In this document: positions 54,657 to 62,624 of the stretch, piece after piece | How positions within the stretch are numbered: the stretch's first letter is position 1 | How the letters are laid out: each line of letters begins with the position of its first letter | DNA from: Verrucomicrobiia bacterium | Lineage (GTDB): Bacteria; Verrucomicrobiota; Verrucomicrobiia; Limisphaerales; Palsa-1400 | Assembly (NCBI GenBank): GCA_036501625.1 | Contig: DASXZY010000078.1 | Coordinates: forward strand, 21,040 to 85,039 | Direction: 5' to 3' | DNA: 64,000 nt | Translations under genes and position numbers: made by a program | The notes under the pieces: generated by a model | Told to the model about the DNA's origin: nothing | The model's input: only the letters and a program-made list of their open reading frames with translations | The model's database searches: none

Positions 54657-55595
54657 CTACGTCAAGTGGTTCTGCAAGATCGTGAAGGCGGCCCGGCGCA
54701 CTTCGTCTGAGCGGGTCTTCAACTCGCGGTAAAGTTCGGGCCAATCGCTTCGGAATTGGTTGCGCTCACGCCAGACGGATTGCAGCACGCGCTCGGTGCG
54801 CTCGACTTGTTGCAGGGCGGGGGCCAGGGGTTCGCGGCCTTCCGGCAAATCGGAAATGTTTCCGACCGCAAAGCGGCTCATGCGTTTTTTGTTGAACACG
54901 GCCTGCAGCAGCATGACCAGCGTCTGTTCATACGGATACCACCGATGCATCAGGGCCTCCCGCAAAAACCCGTGCCGCACCGCGAAAAATTCTGAGCGCG
55001 GCCGCTCGGTGAATTGCCGGATTTCCTGGGCCTCGGTTGGAAACCATGTGTAGAGCAGGGCGAAGGTTCCGTAAGTATCAATAAGGCGCTTGGAATTGGC
55101 ATGGCCGAAGCAAACTTCGCCGACGCAAAAGTCCTGGTTCAATTCCTGGATGATTTCCGGCAAGTCATGCAGGCCGCTCAGGACCTCCTGGCCGGAGGCG
55201 GCGCCGTAATTGAAATCGCCGGGGATGAGCCAATAGACATCGTTTTCCCCGCCGCGCTCGAAGGCCGCGCCGAGGCCGTCGTACCACATTTGGCAGGTGT
55301 CAACGCACCATGCGTCAATAATATCGGAGTGGCGGGCGACCGTGTTATTTCGGAAATCGAGGAACGCGCCGTGGCCTTCATTGCTGTAATAGGTTTTGCG
55401 GTCCATGACCGTCAGCGGCCGCGCGTAGGTCTTTTTCTGTTCCGCCAGGCGGGCGGCCAATCCATAAAGCCCATCCAGGTCCGCGTAGTCTCCCGGCTGT
55501 TTGAAAGGGTAGATGATGATGGGATGGATGAGGCCGGCTGCGGCTTCCCTGGTGCTCGTTCCGCGCGCGGTTTTCGCGGTCTTTTTCATAGGCAT
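54657..55595 (-). CDS. hypothetical protein (312 aa)
   Basis: ATG 55595 (MPMKKTAKTARG..) inside track ORF 54657-56387. The upstream 260 codons of that ORF are antisense to the helicase gene. No domain recognised. Same strand as, and 48 nt upstream of, the CBM48 gene. Confidence 0.5.
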   Translation of the reverse strand: MPMKKTAKTARGTSTREAAAGLIHPIIIYPFKQPGDYADLDGLYGLAARLAEQKKTYARPLTVMDRKTYYSNEGHGAFLDFRNNTVARHSDIIDAWCVDTCQMWYDGLGAAFERGGENDVYWLIPGDFNYGAASGQEVLSGLHDLPEIIQELNQDFCVGEVCFGHANSKRLIDTYGTFALLYTWFPTEAQEIRQFTERPRSEFFAVRHGFLREALMHRWYPYEQTLVMLLQAVFNKKRMSRFAVGNISDLPEGREPLAPALQQVERTERVLQSVWRERNQFRSDWPELYRELKTRSDEVRRAAFTILQNHLT

Positions 55596-55688
55596 TGAGG
55601 CGATGCCCAAATGATAGCCGCGCGGCCCGCCGCGGGCAATGGAAAAATATCCGTGAAATCCATCCAATACGTGGTTTACTCCAAGGGC

Positions 55689-58600
55689 ATGACGAATTCG
55701 CCCGCGCCAACCCAGCAGCAACGGGAAGCCATCGCCGCCCGGGGCAATGTCCTGGTCGTCGCGGGAGCCGGCGCGGGCAAGACGCGCACACTGGTGGAAC
55801 GCTGCCTGGCCTGGCTGCTGGATGAAAACAACGAGGGCAGCGTGGATGAGATTCTGATGGTCACATTCACCCAGGCGGCGGCCGCGGAAATGCGCCGGCG
55901 CCTCCGGGAAGGGCTTGAATCCGCCGCGAACTCTTCGCCGCGGCTGGCGGAGCAACTGGCTTTGCTGGAAACGGCCCACATTTGCACGCTCCACAGCTTT
56001 TGCCTTGAACTGGCGCGGCAGCATTTCTACGAGCTGGGCCTGGACCCGCAATTGAAAATCCTGTCCAACGAAGAATCTCGCGCGCTCACGCGGCGGACTT
56101 TGGACGGCGTGCTGGAGGCGGTTTATAATTCCAGCGAGACGGCGGAGCTGGCCATCCAAAAACTCATCCAGGCCACCGGCGGCGACCGCGACCAGCCTGT
56201 GCGCGATTTGATCGAGCGCCTGCATCGCTACGCCCAAAGCTTGCGCGATCCGGCGGGGTGGTTCGCCGCGCAGGAAGCCTGTTTCCGAAGTCCCCAGCCG
56301 GAGCAATGGCGCGCGTGGCTGATGGCGGAGCTGAACGCCTGGCGCGCCGCGTGGGTGGCGCGATTGCAACGGCATTTGCCGGGGCAAAATGCGGCCCGTT
56401 GCGCGGCGGTTTTGGAAGGCTTGCGCGGCGGCGCGGAGCGGGCGGAGTTCGCGGCGGCTTTGGCGGAGATCGGGGAGATCGACAAGTCATGGCCGACTCC
56501 GAAAGCCCGCTGGCGCGAGCCAATCGCGGACATTTTTGAAGAGGCGGATTTTTTGCATTCCGTCTGCGCGCTTTCGGGCGAGGAGGACCCGCTGGCCGAA
56601 GATTGGGACTGGACGCGCCCGCCCATGCTCGCGCTGCTGGACGCCGCGCGGCGTTTCGGCGAGGCCTTCGCGGCGGCCAAGCGCAATGCCGGCAGCATGG
56701 ATTTTCAGGACTTGGAGCAATTCGCGCTGCGCCTGCTTTGGGACGGGCCGAGTCCGAGCGGGATCGCGCGGCAATGGCGGCGGAAATTGCGCCTGATTTT
56801 CGTCGATGAATTTCAGGACATCAATGGGGCGCAGGAGGCCATCATTCAAGCCGTGGCCAGCGAGGGCGGCGAAGCGAATCTATTTTTGGTGGGCGACGTC
56901 AAGCAAAGCATTTACCGCTTTCGCCAAACGGATCCGCGCATTTTCGCGGCCTTTAAAACGCGATGGGAGGCGGGCGGGCCTTCCGGGCGGGTGCTGGCGC
57001 TTTCAGACAATTTTCGCAGCCACGAATGCATCCTTGCTTTCGTCAACGCGGTCTTCACGCCGCTGATGCGCGCGAGCGTTGGCGGGGCCGATTATGACGA
57101 GGCGGCGCGCCTGCGTTTTGGCGGCCGCGAACACCGGCCATCACAATGTTCATCTCCGTCGAGTCCCGCGCCGGTGGAATTGTTGCTGCGGCGCATCGGC
57201 GAGAACGCCGGCGACGATGATGAGAATGCCTCCGACGCCGAAAAGGAAGCGCGCTTCGCCGGCCGGCGCCTGCTCGAACTGCACAGCGCCTCAACGCCTT
57301 GGAGCGACATGGTCATTCTGTTGCGCGCGCCGAGAGCGAAGGTTTCCGCCTACGCCAAGGAATTCAGCCGGCTGTGCATTCCGCTGGCGGCAGCGCGCGG
57401 GGGATTTTATGACAGCGCGGAAGCGCGCGACTTGCTCGGCATGTTGCAATTGCTGGACAACCCACTGCAGGATGTGCCGCTGCTCGGCGTGTTGCGCTCG
57501 CCGCTGGTCGGAATGACCGATGCCGAGCTGGCCGCGATGCGCGTGGCGCGGCCGCGCGGGCTGTTTTGGCACGCGCTCTCGGATTCGACGAACGCCAAAG
57601 CGAGGCGGTTTTTGGAACGTTACGCGAACTGGCGGCGGCAGACGCGGGAGGAGGCCGTTTCGCAATGCCTGGAAAATATTATCGACTCCACCCATTACGA
57701 GGATTGGCTCCAAACCCAGAGCCGCGCCGGGCAGCGGCGGGCGAACGTGGAACGCCTGCTGCAACTGGCGCGGCAATTCGACGCCAGCCGCGGCGAAAGC
57801 CTCGCGCGGTTTCTCCATTTTGTGGAAGCGCAGCAGGAGGGCGAGGAGGATTCCGATCCGGCCCCGGCGCAGGCTGGCGCGGTTCGCTTGATGAGCATCC
57901 ACCAGAGCAAAGGGCTGGAATTTCCGGTGGTCGTGGTGGCGGACCTGGGGAAGAGGTTCCATGCGGGAGAGGCGCGCGATAGCATTATCCTTGATGAAGA
58001 GTACGGGCTTTGTCCGCGCGTGCGCCGGCCGGAATCCGCGCAAACCTGGCCGAGTCTTCCGCATTGGCTGGCCCGGCGGCGGCAAAAAAAGGAGTCGCTC
58101 GGCGAAGAAATGCGGCTGCTGTATGTGGCCATGACTCGCGCGAAGCATCGGCTGATTCTGGCGGGCGCCGCTTCGCGCAAGAGCATCGAGGAGAAGTGGC
58201 CCCGGCGCGCCTTGGCAGGCGCGGGGCCGGCGGAAATTCTGGCCAGCAACAGCTTTTTGGATTGGCTGGGAAGCTGGCCGCCCGGCGCCGCCAATCTGTC
58301 CGCTTCGGGCCGAAACGAGTTCTTCACCTGGACTGTGCTGGATGAAGATCACCCCTGGCTTGCGCCGCATGTGGAGCAAGCCAGCCTTGCCGCCAGCCGG
58401 GACGCCGAGGCGGACTTGCCGCCCGAAACCCGCGAGCGGCTGGACTGGAAGTATATGTTGGATGGCGACACCCGCGCCGCCGCCAAGGCTTCGGTTTCGG
58501 ATTTGCGCCGCGCGATGGTGGAGCAGGAGGAGGAGGTGCGGCTGTTCCGGGGCGGCCCGTCATCGCGCGTGGCGGAAGGGGCTTTGACGGCGGCCGAGAT

Positions 58601-59120
58601 TGGCCTGGCGCACCACGCTTTTTTGGAGCATCTGGCGCTGGAGCGGGCCGGGTCTCTGGAGGGTTTGAGCGCCGAGGCGGAGCGAATGCGCGCCGAGAAC
58701 CTTCTTTCCGCTGAAGAATGCGCCGGCCTGAACCTCGAGGCGCTGGCCGCGTTTTGGCAATCCGAGCCGGGACGCCAATTATTGGAACAGCGGCCGGCTT
58801 TGCGGCGGGAATTGGCGTTCACCGTGCGATTGGAGGCGGCGGAACTTGCGCGCCTCGGCGCGGCGGAATTCGCGCGCGCGGGGGCCGAGGAATTTATTGT
58901 TGTCCAGGGAGTCATTGACCTGGCCGCGATTCTGCCCGGACAAATTTGGCTGCTGGATTTTAAGACGGACCATTTTCCGGAGGCGGAATTGAAGGAGAAG
59001 ATCAGGATTTACCGGCCGCAGATTGAACTGTACGCGGCGGCCTTGAGCCGGATTTATAGGCGGCCGGTCACGCGCCGCTGGCTGCATTTCCTGGCTCGCC
59101 GCCATACGGAAAATGTTTGA
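55689..59120 (+). CDS. UvrD/Rep-family helicase with C-terminal PD-(D/E)XK nuclease (AddA/RecB-like)
   Basis: QQREAIAARGNVLVVAGAGAGKTRTL (motif I), IFVDEFQDINGAQ (II), VGDVKQSIYRFRQ (III), MSIHQSKGLEFPVV (V/VI region), nuclease GVIDLAAI..WLLDFKTD..YRPQIELY. Confidence 0.85.
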   Translation: MTNSPAPTQQQREAIAARGNVLVVAGAGAGKTRTLVERCLAWLLDENNEGSVDEILMVTFTQAAAAEMRRRLREGLESAANSSPRLAEQLALLETAHICTLHSFCLELARQHFYELGLDPQLKILSNEESRALTRRTLDGVLEAVYNSSETAELAIQKLIQATGGDRDQPVRDLIERLHRYAQSLRDPAGWFAAQEACFRSPQPEQWRAWLMAELNAWRAAWVARLQRHLPGQNAARCAAVLEGLRGGAERAEFAAALAEIGEIDKSWPTPKARWREPIADIFEEADFLHSVCALSGEEDPLAEDWDWTRPPMLALLDAARRFGEAFAAAKRNAGSMDFQDLEQFALRLLWDGPSPSGIARQWRRKLRLIFVDEFQDINGAQEAIIQAVASEGGEANLFLVGDVKQSIYRFRQTDPRIFAAFKTRWEAGGPSGRVLALSDNFRSHECILAFVNAVFTPLMRASVGGADYDEAARLRFGGREHRPSQCSSPSSPAPVELLLRRIGENAGDDDENASDAEKEARFAGRRLLELHSASTPWSDMVILLRAPRAKVSAYAKEFSRLCIPLAAARGGFYDSAEARDLLGMLQLLDNPLQDVPLLGVLRSPLVGMTDAELAAMRVARPRGLFWHALSDSTNAKARRFLERYANWRRQTREEAVSQCLENIIDSTHYEDWLQTQSRAGQRRANVERLLQLARQFDASRGESLARFLHFVEAQQEGEEDSDPAPAQAGAVRLMSIHQSKGLEFPVVVVADLGKRFHAGEARDSIILDEEYGLCPRVRRPESAQTWPSLPHWLARRRQKKESLGEEMRLLYVAMTRAKHRLILAGAASRKSIEEKWPRRALAGAGPAEILASNSFLDWLGSWPPGAANLSASGRNEFFTWTVLDEDHPWLAPHVEQASLAASRDAEADLPPETRERLDWKYMLDGDTRAAAKASVSDLRRAMVEQEEEVRLFRGGPSSRVAEGALTAAEIGLAHHAFLEHLALERAGSLEGLSAEAERMRAENLLSAEECAGLNLEALAAFWQSEPGRQLLEQRPALRRELAFTVRLEAAELARLGAAEFARAGAEEFIVVQGVIDLAAILPGQIWLLDFKTDHFPEAELKEKIRIYRPQIELYAAALSRIYRRPVTRRWLHFLARRHTENV

Positions 59121-59129
59121 CAGGTCGGG

Positions 59130-59522
59130 TTAGGTGATTCGCGGAGGCACGCCGTCTTTGGGCGTCTTGGACAGAACGGCCATGCTCGTTGACATGGCCC
59201 ACAAAGTGGAGCCGGCAAAAAGAACCATGCCCGCCAGAGGCCAGTGCACGTAATGCCACGTTTCCCCCATTTGTTGGAACGGGTCGCCTGTCGGTGATTG
59301 CAGCGCGCCGAGGCCTCCTGACAAGACCATCTTGATCATCGGGATGCTCGCGGCCATGGTGAAGATCAAGGAGCCAAACGCGGCGGCCAATTGCGCGTAG
59401 CCGACGGCGCGGCCCGCGGCGAGCGAACCGGAGCCAGGCAAGGCCAGGTTGGCCGTGAAGCAAGCCCAGGCTTCCGAACGGGTCAACGGCCGGCGGGAGC
59501 GAAGTTTCAACGAACCCTTCAT
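59130..59522 (-). CDS. small membrane protein, unknown function
   Basis: 130 aa, 3 hydrophobic segments (ACFTANLALPGSGSLAAG.., AAAFGSLIFTMAASIPMI, WPLAGMVLFAGSTLWAM). Confidence 0.45.
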   Translation of the reverse strand: MKGSLKLRSRRPLTRSEAWACFTANLALPGSGSLAAGRAVGYAQLAAAFGSLIFTMAASIPMIKMVLSGGLGALQSPTGDPFQQMGETWHYVHWPLAGMVLFAGSTLWAMSTSMAVLSKTPKDGVPPRIT

Positions 59523-59542
59523 GACGGTCTAACTCTGCAATC

Positions 59543-59986
59543 TCACGCAAAATGGATATTCCGCAAGATGCCAAATAAAAGCAACGACCCGGCCAGCAGC
59601 CAGGCAAAGACGGGCCGCGTGATGAGGCCGGGCCACTGCCGGCCTGTCAAGACGAACACGATCTCGCGCAAGCCCAGCCATATCACCACCGGCAAAAGCA
59701 GGGGCACAAAGGGATTCAAGCGCCAGGCGGCAGCGAACCGGCCGTGGGAAAGCTGGTGGAGCGCGCGCAGGCCGCCGCAACCAGGGCATTGCAATCCAGT
59801 CAGTTCATGCAGTTGACAAACCGGATAAAAACCCGCGGTGGATGGATCGAACAGGAACAGCACCGCCACCGCCCCGATGGCGGCCAGCATCCCGGCCGCG
59901 AGGGCGGCGACGCGCCAGCGGGAAAATGCTTGCGGCGCACTCACGAAATCAGTGCGGCAATTGGCTCTGAAGGTTCTGCAACGCAT
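59543..59986 (-). CDS. DUF2752 domain membrane protein
   Basis: FYPVCQLHELTGLQCPGCGGLRALHQL is the DUF2752 CxxxxxxGxxCPGCGxxRA signature. Start uncertain (38-nt overlap with the upstream gene if ATG 59986 is used). Confidence 0.75.
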   Translation of the reverse strand: MRCRTFRANCRTDFVSAPQAFSRWRVAALAAGMLAAIGAVAVLFLFDPSTAGFYPVCQLHELTGLQCPGCGGLRALHQLSHGRFAAAWRLNPFVPLLLPVVIWLGLREIVFVLTGRQWPGLITRPVFAWLLAGSLLLFGILRNIHFA

Positions 59987-60458
59987 CGGGATTCAGAAAG
60001 AAAAAGATGTCCGTCGCGCCCCAAATAAGAATGGCCACGATGCCCAGGACAATTCCGAGAATGGCGAAGCCGCGCCCAGTCAAGGCCGGCTGGCTTTTCA
60101 TTTGCGACAGCGCCACCGCGCCCAGCACGATGCCCAGCGGCGCGAACACAAACCATCCGCAGCAGCAGAGAATGGAAACGATGCCGGTGACCATCGACCA
60201 CACCGCCATTTGGGACGCGCGCGGTTGAACCGGCAGCGGAGCGATCGGAACGGCCGCGGGAATCAGAACAGGCGCGGGAGCGGCGGGGAAAAGGCCGGCA
60301 AATTCGGGAAGTTCCGACATCAATCTCCAATCGGTTCCCTCGGCGGGGGCCACTTTGGTCTGGCCGTTGACGCGCCCTTCGGTGACCCACTGGCGCAACT
60401 GCTCGGCGCTGACGGGTCCATACTCCTTGAGGTCCGCTCCGATGATCTTATACATCAT
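59949..60458 (-). CDS. GYF_2 (DUF4339) plus DUF4190 membrane protein
   Basis: MYKIIGADLKEYGPVSAEQLRQWVTEGRVNGQTKV (GYF-like) and C-terminal SMVTGIVSILCCCGWFVFAPLGIVLGAVAL..GRGFAILGIVLGIVAI. Confidence 0.7.
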   Translation of the reverse strand: MMYKIIGADLKEYGPVSAEQLRQWVTEGRVNGQTKVAPAEGTDWRLMSELPEFAGLFPAAPAPVLIPAAVPIAPLPVQPRASQMAVWSMVTGIVSILCCCGWFVFAPLGIVLGAVALSQMKSQPALTGRGFAILGIVLGIVAILIWGATDIFFFLNPDALQNLQSQLPH

Positions 60459-60485
60459 GGCAGAATGCCTAACTTGTCCTTTCAG

Positions 60486-61532
60486 TCAAGAGCCGTTAGC
60501 AATGAGGGCTTGCAGTTTGGCCCACGCGCGGCCGGAATCAATAACCTCGGCGGCCAGCTCCCATCCGTCCGCCAGAGACTTGCATTTTTCCGCGACGAAG
60601 AGAGCGGCGGCCGCGTTCAAAAGGGTGGCGTCGCGCCGGGGGCCGCGATCGAGGCCGCGCAGCAATTGCCGGATAATTTCCGCGTTGGTCTCGCGGTTGC
60701 CGCCGGCCAAGTCGGCCAGCGTGGCGGGTTGAATGGGGAAATTCTCCGGCAGCAGAGTTGACACAGCCAGTCCGCGCGGCTGGTAAAATTCCGCGACGGT
60801 GTTTTCGCCGAGGGTGGACAATTCATCCAGGCATCCGTTCGGGACCGAGCCGCAGACGACCATGGCGCGGCGCAAGCCCAGCGATTGCAACACAGTGGCC
60901 AGGGGCAGGCAGAGGCCCGGCCGCGGTATGCCCGCCAATTGCAGACTCGGCCGCGCGGGATTGAGCAGCGGGCCGAGATAGTTGAAAATGGTCTTCTGGC
61001 CGCGCTCGCCGCAGTACCGGCGCACGGGCGAAATCTTCTTGAAGACCGGATGATAATTGGGCGCGAAAAAGAAGGCGAAACCGTGCTCCTTCAACGAGCG
61101 CGCGGCCTGCTCTGGCGTCAAGTCGATCTTGACGCCGAGCGCCTCCAGCACGTCGGCGCTGCCTGTCTGCGAGGTGGCGGCGCGGTTGCCGTGCTTGGCC
61201 ATGGGCACGCCGGCGGCGGCGGCAATCAGCGCGACGGTGGTCGAAATGTTGAATGTGTTCAGGTGGTCTCCGCCGGTGCCGCAGACGTCGAGGATTTGCC
61301 GCGCGCGGGTTTCGGCGTCAATGGGCGGCTCGATGGCCAGGCGTCCCAGTTCGCGCGCGAAGCCGGCGATTTCCTCCGCTGTTTCGCCCTTGCGCGCGAG
61401 CGCGGCAAGAAACTCGGCCTTGGTTTCGAGGCTGGCATCCTCGCCGGACAGTTCCGCGACGGCATTGCGGATTTCCAGCGCGGTCAGCGATTGGCCGCTG
61501 TCAAGTTGTTTGGTCAGGGAGATGAGCATCAT
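60486..61532 (-). CDS. trpD: anthranilate phosphoribosyltransferase
   Basis: DVCGTGGDHLNTFNISTTVALIAAAAGVPMAKHGNRAATSQTGSADVLEALG. ATG 61532 is preferred over the TTG at 61559. Confidence 0.9.
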   Translation of the reverse strand: MMLISLTKQLDSGQSLTALEIRNAVAELSGEDASLETKAEFLAALARKGETAEEIAGFARELGRLAIEPPIDAETRARQILDVCGTGGDHLNTFNISTTVALIAAAAGVPMAKHGNRAATSQTGSADVLEALGVKIDLTPEQAARSLKEHGFAFFFAPNYHPVFKKISPVRRYCGERGQKTIFNYLGPLLNPARPSLQLAGIPRPGLCLPLATVLQSLGLRRAMVVCGSVPNGCLDELSTLGENTVAEFYQPRGLAVSTLLPENFPIQPATLADLAGGNRETNAEIIRQLLRGLDRGPRRDATLLNAAAALFVAEKCKSLADGWELAAEVIDSGRAWAKLQALIANGS

Positions 61533-61540
61533 TCTCTTTG

Positions 61541-61602
61541 TCTTAATCCTGCCATCCAAAGATTAAGATTAGGATTGCGATTAGGATTAAGATTAAGATG
61601 GC
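61541..61602. repeat. AT-rich hexamer array GATTAA GATTAG GATTGC GATTAG GATTAA GATTAA (GATGGC), with an inverted TCTTAATC copy 12 nt upstream
   Basis: Read directly. Array at 61561-61602, inverted 8-mer at 61541-48. It fills most of the 87-nt trpD/tsaC divergent intergenic region. Confidence 0.85.
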
Positions 61603-61619
61603 GGAATGGCGATCCAAAA

Positions 61620-62624
61620 ATGGAAGTATTGACTATTGAATCGGAGGCCGAGTTCAAGCGCGCGGTCGCGCGCGCGGCGGAATTGCTGCGCGCGGGAGAA
61701 CTGGTGGCGCTGCCGACTGAAACCGTCTATGGCCTGGCCGCCAACGCTTTCGATGCGGAAGCGGTGCGGCGCATCTACACGGCCAAAGGCAGGCCATCCG
61801 ACAATCCGATTATCGTTCATGTGGCGAGCGCGGCCATGGCGCGCCGATGCGCGGCAGAGTGGCCGGCGGCGGCGGACAAATTGGCGGCGGCCTTTTGGCC
61901 CGGCCCCTTGACATTGGTGTTGCCGCGCTCGGAGGAGATTCCGGACGAAGTCTCGGCGGGGGGCGGGACGGTGGGGGTGCGCTGGCCGAGCCATCCGCTG
62001 ATGCAGGCGGTCATCCACGCTTGCGGCTTTCCGCTGGCGGCGCCCAGCGCCAACCGCTCCAATGAAATCTCGCCCACCGCCGCCGCGCACGTGCGCAAAA
62101 GCCTTGGCGCGAGAATCCCTCTTATTATTGACGGAGGGCCTTGCCAGGTGGGCCTGGAATCCTCGGTGCTCGACCTGGCCTCGGCGCGGCCGCGTTTGCT
62201 GCGGCCGGGCATGATTGGGTGTCAAACATTGGAGGCTGTTCTCGGCCTGGGCGCGATTGAAAACGGCGGCGCGGGCGATGAGGTTGCGCGCAGCCCGGGC
62301 TTGCGGCCCCGCCACTACTCGCCCAAGGCCAGGCTGGCGGTGCTGCGCTGGAGCAGCGAGGCGGACCTGGCCCGCCAGGCGGCCGCCTTCGGCTTTGCCC
62401 GCGAAAAAATTCATATTGTCAGCTATCATTGCATTCCGCTGCGCGAGCCGTTCGGGCGCGTGGCGGTCATTCCGCCCGACGCGGAGGCTTTCGCGCGGGC
62501 GCTCTATGCCGAGCTGCATCGCTGCGACGAAGAAGGCGCGGAGTTGATCATCGTGGAATCGCCTCCGGCCGGGGATGAATGGCGCGCGATCTCGGACCGC
62601 CTGCAACGCGCCTCTCACGTTTAA
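61620..62624 (+). CDS. tsaC: L-threonylcarbamoyladenylate synthase (Sua5/YwlC type with C-terminal Sua5 domain)
   Basis: ATG 61620: MEVLTIESEAEF..GELVALPTETVYGLAANAFDAEAVRRIYTAKGRPSDNPIIVHV..VGVRWPSHPL..PLAAPSANRSNEISPT. The upstream part of track ORF 60885-62624 is an artefact. Confidence 0.9.
   Translation: MEVLTIESEAEFKRAVARAAELLRAGELVALPTETVYGLAANAFDAEAVRRIYTAKGRPSDNPIIVHVASAAMARRCAAEWPAAADKLAAAFWPGPLTLVLPRSEEIPDEVSAGGGTVGVRWPSHPLMQAVIHACGFPLAAPSANRSNEISPTAAAHVRKSLGARIPLIIDGGPCQVGLESSVLDLASARPRLLRPGMIGCQTLEAVLGLGAIENGGAGDEVARSPGLRPRHYSPKARLAVLRWSSEADLARQAAAFGFAREKIHIVSYHCIPLREPFGRVAVIPPDAEAFARALYAELHRCDEEGAELIIVESPPAGDEWRAISDRLQRASHV

Noticed and set aside
55596-56387. N-terminal 260 codons of track ORF 54657-56387
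   Set aside because: This part is antisense to the AddA-like helicase (motif I lies here on the plus strand) and is Arg/Pro-rich. A sensible ATG at 55595 starts the recognisable, compositionally normal part.
55689-59120. Helicase-nuclease as an anti-phage defence gene (Gabija- or Hachiman-like helicase)
   Set aside because: The domain order and motifs are those of housekeeping AddA/RecB-type repair enzymes. There is no partner ATPase or nuclease, no methylase, and no island context.
60885-61619. Upstream 245 codons of track ORF 60885-62624, including the striking LRLGLRLGLRLR peptide
   Set aside because: It is antisense to trpD, and the repeat peptide is just the translation of the intergenic hexamer array. 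The Sua5/TsaC homology begins at ATG 61620.
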